Assembly: GCF_006345805.1 (NCBI RefSeq)
Contig: NC_043006.1
Coordinates: forward strand, 76,074,001 to 76,138,000
Origin: Octopus sinensis
Taxonomy: Eukaryota
DNA: 64,000 bases
Direction: 5' to 3'
The translations under genes were made by a program, and so were the position numbers. Each line of letters starts with the position of its first letter. The stretch's first letter is position 1. This document shows positions 52,052 to 64,000 of the stretch, piece by piece. Below the pieces are notes generated by a model. That model ran no database searches, was not told the DNA's origin, and worked only from the letters and a program-made list of their open reading frames with translations.

Positions 52052-52383
52052 CGTTTAAGTGGAAATTATACTTCACGATGTCATGCAACTATTGTTTATA
52101 CCTAACTCAGAGATATATCATTTCTTTAATATTTTTTCTAACCTTTCATGCGTAGCTAATTCAAGTTATGATACCAAAAAAAAAAAAAAAAAATTGGAGT
52201 AAAGCGTATCTGATACGGTTTAATCAATATAAAATTGTATTTGTTATTTAATATTCCTTAAGTTACTTTACAAAGATGTGCATTTGCAAAGAACCTATGC
52301 CGTTTAAAAACTGGTTATGTCCATTTTAGCGTTACTTTCAATACAAGTGTGATACGTGTTTGTGTGGCAGAGTATGTGTGTGC

Positions 52384-52425
<42 letters not shown>

Positions 52426-52681
52426 TATATATATATAAATAAAGGAAATGAAGAAAATGCTGATAAAATAATTTAAGTAAGGGAGAGTGTATTTAATTAG
52501 GTGAAAGTTCTTTACCGGTTGCACATTTGTTATGCTTATCAAAAGATATTTTTTTAAGAGAGATAGAGTTCCTTTCTGATAGATTTTATTCTCTTATATA
52601 TATATATATATGGCTTATGTAGTAGATATACAAACACGTCAAATTTTACTATTTTTCCGTAGATTGAGAAAAGAATGCTTA

Positions 52682-52727
52682 ACAGCCTTAATCGATTTTC
52701 GAACATTGTTGGATTCTCATCAGCTGT
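52682..52727 (-). ncRNA. Decayed minimal hammerhead (canonical core, stem I shortened)
   Basis: Minus strand acag-CTGATGA-gaatccaacaatgttc-GAAA-atcgat-TA-aggctgt; palindromic stem III; stem I needs 3 missing nucleotides. Confidence 0.5.
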
Positions 52728-53364
52728 GTCTAAAGCAAGTAGACAATACGTTTATATACTAAACAGATCCAGTGTTTAAAGACAGCTGGAATTGCTAATG
52801 TGCATACCGTTTTTCACACTTTAACTAATATAAGGAGACACAGCAAATGTTACATCGATGTAAATTCACATGTTTGCATCAAAGAAATTACACTCACCTG
52901 GTTTTGCTTCACGTGTAGCTAAAGAAAACACTTTCTGAAGGTCTGTGTAGTGGGGTTAGAATTGAAACTACGTACTTGAAAACTGAACATAACTGCCATA
53001 CATACGTCTACATAGACATGAACTTCATAAGGTAATGTATTTATACATTAATCTTGTCAATTTAGAGATACGGAAAATATTTACAAGAATCATGATGCAT
53101 ATTTAGCTTATAAAGTAACACATTCTGTTTTTTTTTTTTTCACAATTCATCCTTCAGTATTCCACTGTCTTGCTCATTGGAATTATATCTTTTATTTATT
53201 TAATATTATTTCATCCAAAATTCACGTTTCATATGTAATTTACATTTCATAGGAAAATATCTGACTTTAGTGTTTAATTCATTTCGAGGCAAGTGAATTT
53301 TAGAAAATATTTGAATAATTTTGGTTATATCTATATTTCACCCGCTACAAATAATCTTTTCTTC

Positions 53365-53890
53365 TCTAAGCACAAAGCCCGAAATATCTGGGGAGGGAGT
53401 CAGTCGATTAGATCGAACCCAGTACGCAGTTGCTGCTTAATTTATCGACCCCGAAAGGATGAAAGGTAAAGTCGACCTCGGCGGAATTTCAACTCAGAAC
53501 GTAAAAACAGACGAAATAATTTACTGCCCACAAGGGGCTAAACACAGAGGGGACAGACAGACGGATTAAGTCGATTATATCGACCCCAATGCGTAACTCG
53601 TACTTAATTTATCGACCTCGGCGGAGTTTGAACTCAGAACGTAACAGCAGATGAAATACCTATTTCTTTACTGCACACAAGGGACAAACAAAGGGGACAA
53701 ACAAGGACAGACAAACAGATTAAGTCGATTACATCGATCCCAGTGCGTAACTGGTACTTAATTTAATCGACGCCGAAAGGATGAAAGCAAAGTCGACCTC
53801 GGCGGAATTTGAACTCAGACTGTAACAGCAGACGAAATACCACTCAGAATTTCGCCCGGCGTGCTAACGATTCTGCCAGCTCACTGCCTT
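53365..53890 (-). mobile_element. SINE family B trimer (one head, three B-box/core/tail units)
   Basis: B-box at 53490, 53630 and 53811; the middle unit has lost the segment between two tcgacc motifs. Confidence 0.85.
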
Positions 53891-54419
53891 CCCCGCTATA
53901 AATAATAAATCAGAAATACTTAGGATAACAACTGTCCTACCGTAACTATTAATAACATAACAACATATACATGGAAGAAAATCAGTTTATTTCAGTAATA
54001 CAGTAATAATCAGTAAATGGAACCTATATAAAGTTTGAATGAATAAAGATCACTAAGTTGATGATTTAATTAAATTTCAACTAAGTGGAAATATGGGAAT
54101 TGTTTGATGTCTGATTGAATGAATGCATTTAATCATTACAGCTTCATCTGATGTGGGCGTTATGTAATCTGATGCTTTATGTTGAAATCAAACTGAAATA
54201 CAACGAGGCTTTTTTGTGAATAATCGATTAGGTGTATATCCCTTTCTGTTTATAAATGGCAGCAATAATAAAGAAATCAAAAATATATTTAAGAAAATGG
54301 TAATCTACTGTCAAGAAACATAGTTGTAAATCTATAATGAAAATGTTCCCACGTGGATATCTGCTTGTATATTTGCAGTCAATAGGATACTGCATAGACA
54401 ATTGTTCAATATACGTGCA

Positions 54420-54989
54420 TATTGGGTTGTCCGGAAAGTTCGTGCCGATTTTTAAAGGAAAGAAAAAGGTCAATAAATACTTGCCATTACATTTTTAATC
54501 AACCTTATATGAACCATTTTGTTGCACAATGCGTCTCCATCTTGCCTTTAACTTGAAAATACCCTTTTCCCAGAATTGAGGTGGTTTCATGACAAAGAAT
54601 TCATCAAGGAACCTTTTTACGTCATCCAAAGGATTGAAATTTTTACCATTAAGACTATTCTGCAGAGACCTGAATAAGTGGAAATCCGAAGGAGCAATAT
54701 CTAGTGAATATGGAGGGTGGGGTAACACATCCCAGCCGAGCTGTATAAATTTTTGTCTGGTTCCCAAATCATCAAGTGCCGAAAATGAACTTTCTTATCT
54801 TCCATTTTAAAGGGTTACAGAATTAACACAGGTTATAGGAACATAAACCTTCTTCAACGAAAAGATAGCTTAAACTGTGCTCTAAATGGAAGTGTAGTCA
54901 AATCCTATTTTATGGACTCAACCATGTTCTAAGATAAGTCGACAAGTAAGCTACTATAAATCGGCACGAACTTTCCGGACAACCCAATA
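54420..54989 (-). mobile_element. 566-bp internally deleted mariner with perfect 30-bp TIRs and TA TSD
   Basis: ttgggttgtccggaaagttcgtgccgattt at 54422-51 and its exact reverse complement at 54958-87. N-terminus MEDKKVHFRHLMI is fused out of frame to the C-terminus LGWDVLPHPPYSLDIAPSDFHLFRSLQN...WRRIVQQNGSY. Confidence 0.96.
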
Positions 54990-57049
54990 ATATACATTTT
55001 CACACATTACTATCTGGACGATACAGCACAAGCGTTATCATCGTGGCTAATGTCTGTTTTTTTTTCTATTCCTTTTCATTATTTCAACTTTCCTACTTTC
55101 AAAAGCAGTTTCCAGATTCTGAGCTTCTTTGTTAGTATGATTTGAAATTTAAAAGGAAACCTTATGAATACGTAACAATTAATGTTTTCGTACCTGGCGT
55201 AAGAATATGTGAAAGAAATCAGAATTTGACATTGCTGATTTCCCTAGCTTTCAAATTTGCTTTGCTTCTGTTACAACGTTGTCGGATATTCGTTTGATAT
55301 ATGCTATCGCATTTACTCGAGTTGCTCGGGTATAAGCGTAAAAAGCAACTGAAGAGGTAGCAGGTCCTCCTGTCTGTCGCAGAATAGAATTTATGAGGAA
55401 GACTAAATGTTGGGGCCGCATGATGTTATTCCCATAATATTTGAAATTATCATGCTTTCAATAAGATTTTTATAAATAGTTCGAGGACATTGACTGTGTT
55501 ATATCAATATATTGATATATTATCATGATTAAGTAGAGTTCAATTAATATATGGCCAAGTATAGCTATCTTAATATACCGCCACTGTAAGATTCTGATAA
55601 ACATCTATCGGTGTGAGAATCATCATATTTCCAAGTTCAACAATCTTGTGAAAAGCCCACACTACGTCACATTCGAATAAGCAACACGTTATCAAAGACA
55701 TGATCAATTCTCCCAATATTACGCCCTTGTGTCTCTTTTATATGAAAATCATAGCCGTATCTATGGCTAACGCCCGCTTTCGTCGATGGCAAACGATAAA
55801 GAAGAATATTTGATACATAAATATTTTACAGTATGAATGAAAGAAAACTTAGAGACACAGTTGTCATTAGTAACTTGCGACTTTTATCTTTATCAACTTA
55901 AATCTTATCTTTGCCGACATTTGCATCGTCTACACTTTTGATATTTAAATGTAAAGTATGCTTTATAGTCCTAAATTATAATTACACAAGTTATCTATTT
56001 CTAAATCGATTTTCTGGCAATATTATTAATGGGGTTTTAACATACTTGAGGAAGCATAAGACTTTTGAAGCTACATATTTCATATGTGTGCTGTCAACGT
56101 TATCACTGAGTTACCATCACACCTAATGTTTAAAAGTATATTCTTGCTAGAAACACGTCAAACTAGACAATGTATATTATCATTTAACTATTAGCCATAA
56201 GTCGAATTTAATTAAATTTCGTAATCTTAATTACTCTCATTTGAAATCTTCCTTATAAGACAATAAACGTAATACCAACTCTGAATAAATTGTGGTTCGC
56301 AGAGTCAGACGGAAAAATCAGACTTTACCTGCCCCTCTCTCTCTCTGTATGTATGTGTGTACGTATGTCTATATTTGTCTCCCTCTCTGCATTTATCTGT
56401 CTGTCCATCTGTCTGTCCACCTGTCTGTATGTGTACCCAAAATGTATTTGAAAGTTGTGGTTTCTTTGGTATGCTTGTTCCCAAACAGTACTGTACCGTA
56501 CTACCCAGGTGTCGAAACCATAATGATATCCGTTTGGCAGCTGATGATGGAGGTATGTTGGATTGTTGGTATGTCTGTTTTTGTATACGAAGAAGAGTAT
56601 TATAACACATCCTTTTGATATCTATCTATCTATCTAACTATCTATCTATCCATCTATCTATCCATCTATCTATCTTAACTCCAACAGACACGTAAGCACA
56701 CATACACACAAGCGCGGTGCAAAAATATTCCTTTACTTGATGTAATCTGTTTCCTGTCATATGTAGTACTCAATACGAAAAAGAGATGTTGACTTTCATA
56801 TTTTTTTAATTTAATAATTCTGACTATGATCGTTTTGAAACCTGCTCGACTTCGCACATACAGATTATTGAAATATACATTCATTATTTAAGTCGAACAC
56901 GAGAAAATTACTCTATACCAACATACAGATTCATTCTTAAATTTAGCTGGTGTAGAGGATTATTACTCTAGAAGTTACCCCGTGAATCTATCGGTTTCTC
57001 TGACAAGAATATTCTTGCCATAGGGAGCAGATAAGAGAAATTCATCAAA

Positions 57050-57224
57050 TAAATCGACCCCAGGACTTATTCTTTGTAAGCCTAGTACTTATTCTCTCGG
57101 TCTCCTTTGCCGAAACGCTAAGTTACAGGAACGTAAACACACCAACACCGGTAGTCAAGTGATAGTGGGGAGGACAAGCACAGATACACAAACACACACA
57201 CATACAGACACAAACACACACATA

Positions 57225-57257
<33 letters not shown>

Positions 57258-57395
57258 TCGACGGGCTTCTTTCAGTTTCCGTCCACTCAAAAGGATTTGG
57301 TCGGCCCGAGGCTATAGTAGAAGATACTTGCCGAAGATGCCACGCAGTGGGACTGAACCCGGGAACATGTGGTTGGTAAACACGCTACTTACCAT
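57050..57395 (-). mobile_element. SINE family A
   Basis: Reverse-complement family A with internal microsatellite. Confidence 0.85.
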
Positions 57396-57561
57396 ATGTA
57401 TACGTATCCTCATCATCTAGTGAAGCTTGCGCGGACATTTTTAGACCGCGCCAACCATCCATTTCTTTCCTGTATCACTTGATGTTGGTTTTTGAGGAGG
57501 CTTCCACTTTTCTTAGGAAGTCGATTAGCACACGTTACGGCCGGACGACCTGCTCAAATAA

Positions 57562-57877
57562 GGTCATAGCTGTGTTGTAAGAAGCCTGCTCCCGAACCTT
57601 GGGCATCTGTATTCTACTATAACTTCGAACAGAATAAAGCCTTGTGAGTTAATTTCGTAGATGGAAAGTGAAAGAAGCCAGTCGTATGCGCGCGCGCACG
57701 TGTTTGTCACTCCTACCATTGATTGACAACCTATGTTGGCAAAGGAGAACGATAGAATAGGTACTAGGCTCACAAAGAATAAGTCTTCGGATCGTTTTTT
57801 TTTTTCTACTAAATTCACTTAAGGTGGTGCTCCAGCAGGACTGAACTAAATGACTGAAACAATTAAAAGAATAAAAG
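57562..57877 (+). mobile_element. SINE family A
   Basis: gctgtgttgtaagaagcc head to tgactgaaac tail. Confidence 0.8.
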
Positions 57878-57970
57878 CATAAATACACACACAAACACAT
57901 ACACATAGACACAAATACATGTATTTATACATGCACACATGTATTTATCACCATACAGCTGTTTATATAC

Positions 57971-58806
57971 ATACGAGCAAAAAGCCCCCCTCCCTCCATC
58001 CAATGGACGGTGTTGAGTTGTCAAACATTTAAACCATATTTTCTTAAAACAACTTGTCCGACCTTCCCATAGGCTTCTCCGTTGAGAAACACTGATTTAA
58101 CCTAAATCTGAAACACCAGCAAAAGAAGAAATGAAGAAAGACTTTTTCTATTCCAAAGAATAACGATTTTGTTCATACAAATATGCAACCGAAGAGATTA
58201 AAATACCAGTAATGATAAGGCTGTTGACTGGGAGAACACAAACATGGTTTAAACAGTAGGCCTGGCAGGAAAAAAACCTGCCTTTAAGCAGTACAAAAAC
58301 ATCAAAAAATATAAGGTGCAGTTATTACAGGTTGACGGAAGAAAAGCAGGACAAAAACGATGCAGGCAAATTGGGTTAGCTGGAGGTAAACCTAGATGGA
58401 AGAGCATGATGAGTTTATGAGAACGTACCTGGGACAATAATAGGTTTATCCGATAAAACATGTAGGAAATCAACTTGGGGCGATTTTTGATAAAAAGCAA
58501 TAACCTAGGGAACTAAGTAACTAATTTTATGCTAACTTACTTTACGGGATGTTCAAGGGCATGGAAAAGCTAGTGGAACACAGCCTTGTAAACCACATTC
58601 ATGATGTACTTGCTCGTACAAATGCACGTTGCCACAGCTTAATCGATCGCATTCTCACCTGGAATCGACTTTTGTAATTTGTTCAAGACTTATACACGCC
58701 CTGATACGGTCGGTATCTACATATCAAGATTGAGCGCAATCGGATGGCGAATGCCCGAGATCCTAGAAGACACACAGACAGACAGAACGGATTTCATATA
58801 ATAGAT
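57971..58806. mobile_element. Non-autonomous element, Helentron/HINE-like (long copy)
   Basis: Homologous to 21871-22250; terminal tacgagcaa (57972-80) is inverted by ttgctcgta (58610-18). Confidence 0.45.
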
Positions 58807-58875
58807 ATATTATAATATATATATATCAAAATACATGTATTATATATGCGTACGCACATTCCTGAACACGCGCCC

Positions 58876-58913
<38 letters not shown>

Positions 58914-60369
58914 TCAAGCATCTAAATGTATAGCTCCTAAATTATTTACGGTAACTCGCTGGTTATTAATTGCTGTAATTGAACAGCTCAGCTGAACTGA
59001 ATATGTACTTAATTTATACCATACTAAGGAAGGTAATAATGGTTTCTAGGAGACAGCACAGAATCGATAAATGGACTAGAAGTTACTGTAATTAAATTAT
59101 AATTACATGTGTTGATTTTTCTAATTTCCGGTGCAAAATAGTTAAAGTATGATTTATGAACATATAAATGTTTAATTTTAACATCGCGTAAGTTTATTCA
59201 CAGCATACATTTATGAATAAAAGCTAGTATTTTGATAGCACGTTTCTCCACTGGAATTTCGCAGTTATATACATTGGTTTAAACGTTATATGTTACTCTC
59301 TATGCAGGCATTGTTACACCTTAGAGTGATGTTTTCTGTATATCGTTTAAAATATGAAGCAAGGCTTAAGGTATTAAAAATACAATACATTACGGTTAAT
59401 CTTTCGAATTACTTAGGTAATGCGAAGGAAACTTGTTAGTTTTGAAATATACACTTGACAAAATTATCGATTGGGGAAATACAGTGAAAAGCGGTTCTAG
59501 GCCTTCGTGTTGTTGAGAGGCCACTCCAGATATATTTTCGTCTTGTCAGACATTTTCAGTGAAGCATAGTCTAACACTTACTTATTAGAATGACGTATGG
59601 AGAATATAATTTGCACTATGATTGATGAAACCATTAAAGTGCATCGTGTTTTATTTGTAGACTAAGAGGACAGATTAGTACTTATCAATCGTTAAAATCT
59701 ACAATAGAACTTTCAACATTTTTAACCCAAATAATATACAGCATATTAATTTTATAGCTGGCAATGTTATTGGGAATGTAGATACAAGTAATAGTTATTG
59801 ATAACAATATAGTGTAATCTAGCGTGATTTAAGTGTTTTGGCATCCAACAACGACCAAAATCATTGATTCAGAATAAATCATTAATATTAATTCTGCAGT
59901 CTGAGACTATGAGTTTGAGATGTTGAGCTTCTGATGTGAACTCGGGTTGTAGTTTATGTGTTAACGTTTAATGTCAGTACCACAAGTGCACACATATTTA
60001 TTAAAGAAACAAATTTATTTCTCTATAATTGGGGTTTTAAACAATATTCCAAATGTTTCATGGTTGTAAGAATTTGTTAACCCATAAAAGTCGCGAATAT
60101 ATTTGGCATGGTTTAATCGTCATATCGGCCTTCTCAAAAAAGAAAAATAATCAAGTGAAGATAACATGGTCATATGCGGAAAGTACTCGAGTTATGATTT
60201 GCCATTATTGAATCAGAGTTAATTCGATTAATCAATATCAATATTCGATGAAAATAAGAATTAATAAAGTTAGTATATTTGATTGCTTATATTTTCAAGC
60301 GTTTATACATTTATCATTCGCCAAATATATATATATAATATCTCTTTCTCTTTTTCTCTCTTTTACTCT

Positions 60370-60734
60370 TTTACTTGTTTCAGTCATTGCACTGTGGCCA
60401 TGCTGGAGCACCGCCTTTAGTCGAGCAAATCGACCCCAGGACTTATTTTTGTAAGCCTAGTACTTAATCTATCGGTCTCTTTTGCTGAACCACTATGTTA
60501 CGGATACCTAAATATACCAACATCGGTTGTCAAGTGATGGTGGAGGGACAAACACAGACACACAAACACACACATATATGCACAACAAGTTTCTTTCAGT
60601 TCCCGTCTACGAAATCCATTCACGATGCCTTGGTCGGCCCGAGACTATAATAGAAGACAGTTGCCCAAGGTACCACGTAGTGGGACTGAACCCGGAACCA
60701 TGTGGTTGAGAAGCAAGCTTACAACACAGCCATG
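60370..60734 (-). mobile_element. SINE family A (near full length)
   Basis: ttgtttcagtca...ggtcggcccgag...gtgggactgaacccggaaccatgtggttg. Confidence 0.88.
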
Positions 60735-61059
60735 TGTGTGCTTATTCATGATATTCTGTGCCTGTGTGTGTTTTTATATGCCTGTATTTAATACAGGCGC
60801 ATACAGACACAGTAACACGCAGACTGAGTTGTGTCAAAGATGGTAAACTGAATTAGTCTGTTAAAGATAATTCAATAAAACAAGCTTTAGACAGAAGTAT
60901 ATATTAAAGATGGTGTGGTGGTGTATGCCCCCCGCCCCGAAACCGCAAGTGGACTGTAGTATCACTGACATCCAATACCTGAAAACTTCAACTCGTGTAT
61001 AACACGATGTCAACTTCTCGAACATTATTAATGATATATATTCCACTACTGTAAGGTGG

Positions 61060-61270
61060 CCAACCAGCAGAACAATTAGCCCATCGGGTAACGTGCTTAG
61101 CGGCACTTCATCCATCTTTACCTTCTGGTTTCAAATGCAGTCGAGATCGACTTTACCTTTCATCATTCCGAAGTCGAAAAATAAGTAATTGATGAGCACT
61201 GTGGTGGATGTTTCGACTCCACCTTACCCCAAAATTGATTGTCGTGTGCCGAAATTTGAAACTAAAATGT
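61060..61270 (+). mobile_element. SINE family B (decayed)
   Basis: ccagcagaac head; gtcgagatcgactttacctttcatc core. Confidence 0.65.
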
Positions 61271-62049
61271 ACCACTGCTTAACTTTTAATATCTTTCAGT
61301 TTATTCTTTCCCGTTTAAAAACCAGTGATTTTGAATCATGTTACTACAGCGTATTTTTTGTGTTGCAAGTTATATTCATGTGCATTGTGTATCTTCAAAT
61401 GTATAATTTAACGCTTTAGGAAATTCATATCGGTATGCCTGAATGTTTTGAAAATATTTTAATACATTAATAAATTCGTTGTAGACATGTTTGTTAAATA
61501 AAACGAGGTAACCAAATAGATCTTTACTTTTTATCTGAAATTTTAACATTAAAGCATTAAAAAAGAAAAAAAATCTTTCAGTTCGATGTCTGCTAGTAAA
61601 TTTTTTACTTGATGTGCAGTACGCCAAGAAATTTAAATTTCTGAAAACCACTCTATGAGACACAAAGTCTTTATGGTTGGTGTAATCAGATATTTTATTA
61701 GTGATATTTCAATAGACTTCCAAAACAGTAATGTACAACATTAGCGAGATAAAATTTTAAAATTCTAAACTTGACTATGAATTTATAGGCCAATATCTTG
61801 CAGTACATAATACTCAACATCTAATATGAAAGAGTGGTCTTTGGCGAGCAGAATGAATTGCGCATCGACAAAAATATTTTATATAAGGTTCCTACATTGC
61901 TCAAATGTTGCCAGTTTTGACCTTGAATATTATCTTTCCATCGAATGGTTCGTAACCTCCACGCTAATTCCAGTTGATGTTTTAATTGGTAGAATTGTTA
62001 AGCACTGGCAAAAAATGCCTTTCGGTATTTCTTCCGGCTCTACATGTTC

Positions 62050-62491
62050 TGAGTTGGGATCTTTTCGGTTTGAACGGCAGTTTTTCTATCGGTGTCATAT
62101 GAAATTGTCACCCATAATTATGACCCTAGTACCGATCTATTGCATTTCAATCTGTTTTAGGGTTAGGGTTAGTTAGGGTTAGGTTTAGGGGTTGGAGAAG
62201 GGTATAGTTTTTTCTTCACAAATGTAAATAAATCCAATTTGTTTCTTAAACGAAGGAAATATTCAAAGGGCACAGAATGGTATTTACCTCAATACACGTC
62301 ACTGATTGGTTGAAATTGCAGAAGTTGAAGAAAGAAACAACAAATATATTACAAACTATAAAATTTTCTCAATAAAGCCAAGAGAAAAAGATGTTTTATA
62401 AACACATTCTACCAGTATACGAAGTTAAAATTTTTTAGTTACCTACAAATTATGTTAAAACTGCCGTTCAAACCGAAAAGATCCCTGAGTT
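62050..62491. mobile_element. 430-bp MITE with perfect 29-bp TIRs, 6-bp TSD and internal (TTAGGG)-like array
   Basis: TIR gggatcttttcggtttgaacggcagtttt at 62056-84 and inverse at 62457-85; TGAGTT at 62050-55 and 62486-91; telomere-like repeats at 62157-62193. Confidence 0.92.
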
Positions 62492-62644
62492 GTAACAGCA
62501 CAAATGTGGCCTTTATTTTCAACCATTTGGGGTTGTTAAAATAAAGTACTAGCCAAGTACTTAGGCACTTGTGTCAAATTTATAAGCCAACTCGTTTCCT
62601 TAAAATTTCAAACACTAAACCAATCTTTTATATTGTATTTTTTT

Positions 62645-62900
62645 ACACGTTTCAGTCATTAGACTATGGCCCTGCTAGGCTAACCTTGAATAATTTTTGT
62701 TGAACAATTCGACCCCAATACTCATTTGTTGTTTAAACCTAGTATTTATGCTACCACTTCTATTGTCGAACCGCTAGATTACGGAAATGTAAACATACCA
62801 ACATCCGTTGTCAAGAGGTGGGGAGTTAGAAACAATCACTCAAAAACACAGTCACACAGACATATATTTATATACACGGGCTTCTTTCATTTTCCGTCAA
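62645..62900 (-). mobile_element. SINE family A, 3' part
   Basis: gtttcagtcattagactatggcc...gaaccgctagattacgg... Confidence 0.7.
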
Positions 62901-63164
62901 TTTAATCCACTGACATGATTTTAGTCGACAATATTATATTTATGAACCATTGTACATCCGCTTTATTATCCTCTTCATTTATGGGCTTATATTTTTATAT
63001 ATTTATATTTATGTGTTTATAAATTCTTTTATGTCTATGAATTTTTATATATTTATAAAATTTCGTGTATATGTATGTATTTATAAATTCTTAGAAATTG
63101 TTTATATATCATATAGATGAATGCTTCTATGTATGTCCTTTGTATACCTATTTCTTTACTACCC

Positions 63165-63565
63165 ACAAGGTGCTAAACACAGAGGGGACAAACAAGGACA
63201 CACAAACGGATTAAGTCGATTATATTGACCCCAGTGCGTAACTGGTACTTATTTAATCGACCCCGAAAGGATGAAAGGCAAAGTCGACCTCGGCGGAATT
63301 TGAACTCAGAACGTAGTGGCAGACGAAATACCTATTTCTTTATTACCCACTAGGGGCCAAACATAGAGGGGACAAACAAGGACAAACATAGGTATTAAGT
63401 CGATTACATCTACCTCAGTGCAGAACTGGTACTTAATTTATCGACCCCGAAAGGATGAAAGGCAAAGTTAACCTCGGCGAAATTTGAACTCACAACGTAA
63501 CGACAGACGAAATACCGCTAAGTATTTCATCCGGCGTGCTAACGTTTCTGCCAGCTCGCCGCCTT
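63165..63565 (-). mobile_element. SINE family B dimer
   Basis: B-box at 63302 and 63486; two tail units; one head ending ctgccagctcgccgcc. Confidence 0.88.
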
Positions 63566-64000
63566 GTTGTCCTTTGTATATCATGGACAATTTCGTTAAT
63601 ATGGATTGAATGAATATGTTAACGTTGATATATGGGTTCGATTCTCGCCTGGGTTAGCACAGCATTCTTCAATCAATTGTTTATATAAGGAATGTCGCTC
63701 TAAATCGGAGCATATAAATTATTACTATGATATATATATATGTGTGTGTGTGTGTGTAATGGTAAAGAGTTCTGAATGTGTATAGCATAGTGCGTAAATT
63801 GAATATTATTCAGCTGACGTCATACTCTTTACTACAATAAATTTCCTTTTCCCTTACGTTTCGTTCAAGTGACGAATTATAACATACACCTTTAAGAGGA
63901 AATGAAGATGTAACCGAGACACAACTGCCCTGCCATGCGTGCCTTGCCTCATAAATTATGAGTTGATATAAAACAAGGCGGTAACGAGAGTAACAGGTTT

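Noticed and set aside
53400-53840. Regularly spaced repeats resembling a CRISPR array
   Set aside because: The intervening segments are homologous SINE parts, not unique spacers, and the context is eukaryotic.
59582-59661. 80-nt minus-strand candidate exon (STNKTRCTLMVSSIIVQIIFSIRHSN)
   Set aside because: Good splice signals but no homology or partner exon; chance is not excluded.
62157-62193. TTAGGG array as a true telomere or fusion scar
   Set aside because: It is short, degenerate and enclosed within a MITE.

Overview
AT-rich eukaryotic intergenic or intronic DNA saturated with (TA)n/(CA)n microsatellites and repeats. The SINE families and overall composition look like octopus (coleoid cephalopod) DNA; this is an inference, not a database match. 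No host protein-coding gene can be identified, and nearly all listed ORFs are microsatellite artefacts. Recognisable content: three mariner elements (two full-length and decayed, one 566-bp deletion derivative with perfect TIRs), 5'-truncated CR1, RTE and R4/Dong-type LINE fragments, more than 20 copies of three tRNA-derived SINE families, several foldback MITEs including an ~815-bp near-complete hairpin, and a TTAGGG-carrying MITE. The main hidden signal lies between 32 and 53 kb: ten type I hammerhead-ribozyme motifs (intact to decayed) from about six sequence families, all beside (TA)n arrays. They occur as a 352-nt terminally redundant retrozyme-like unit, a 445-nt tandem dimer and head-to-head inverted pairs. 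Several families share a non-canonical CCGANGA core. All folds were done by eye, and ribozyme activity is untested.
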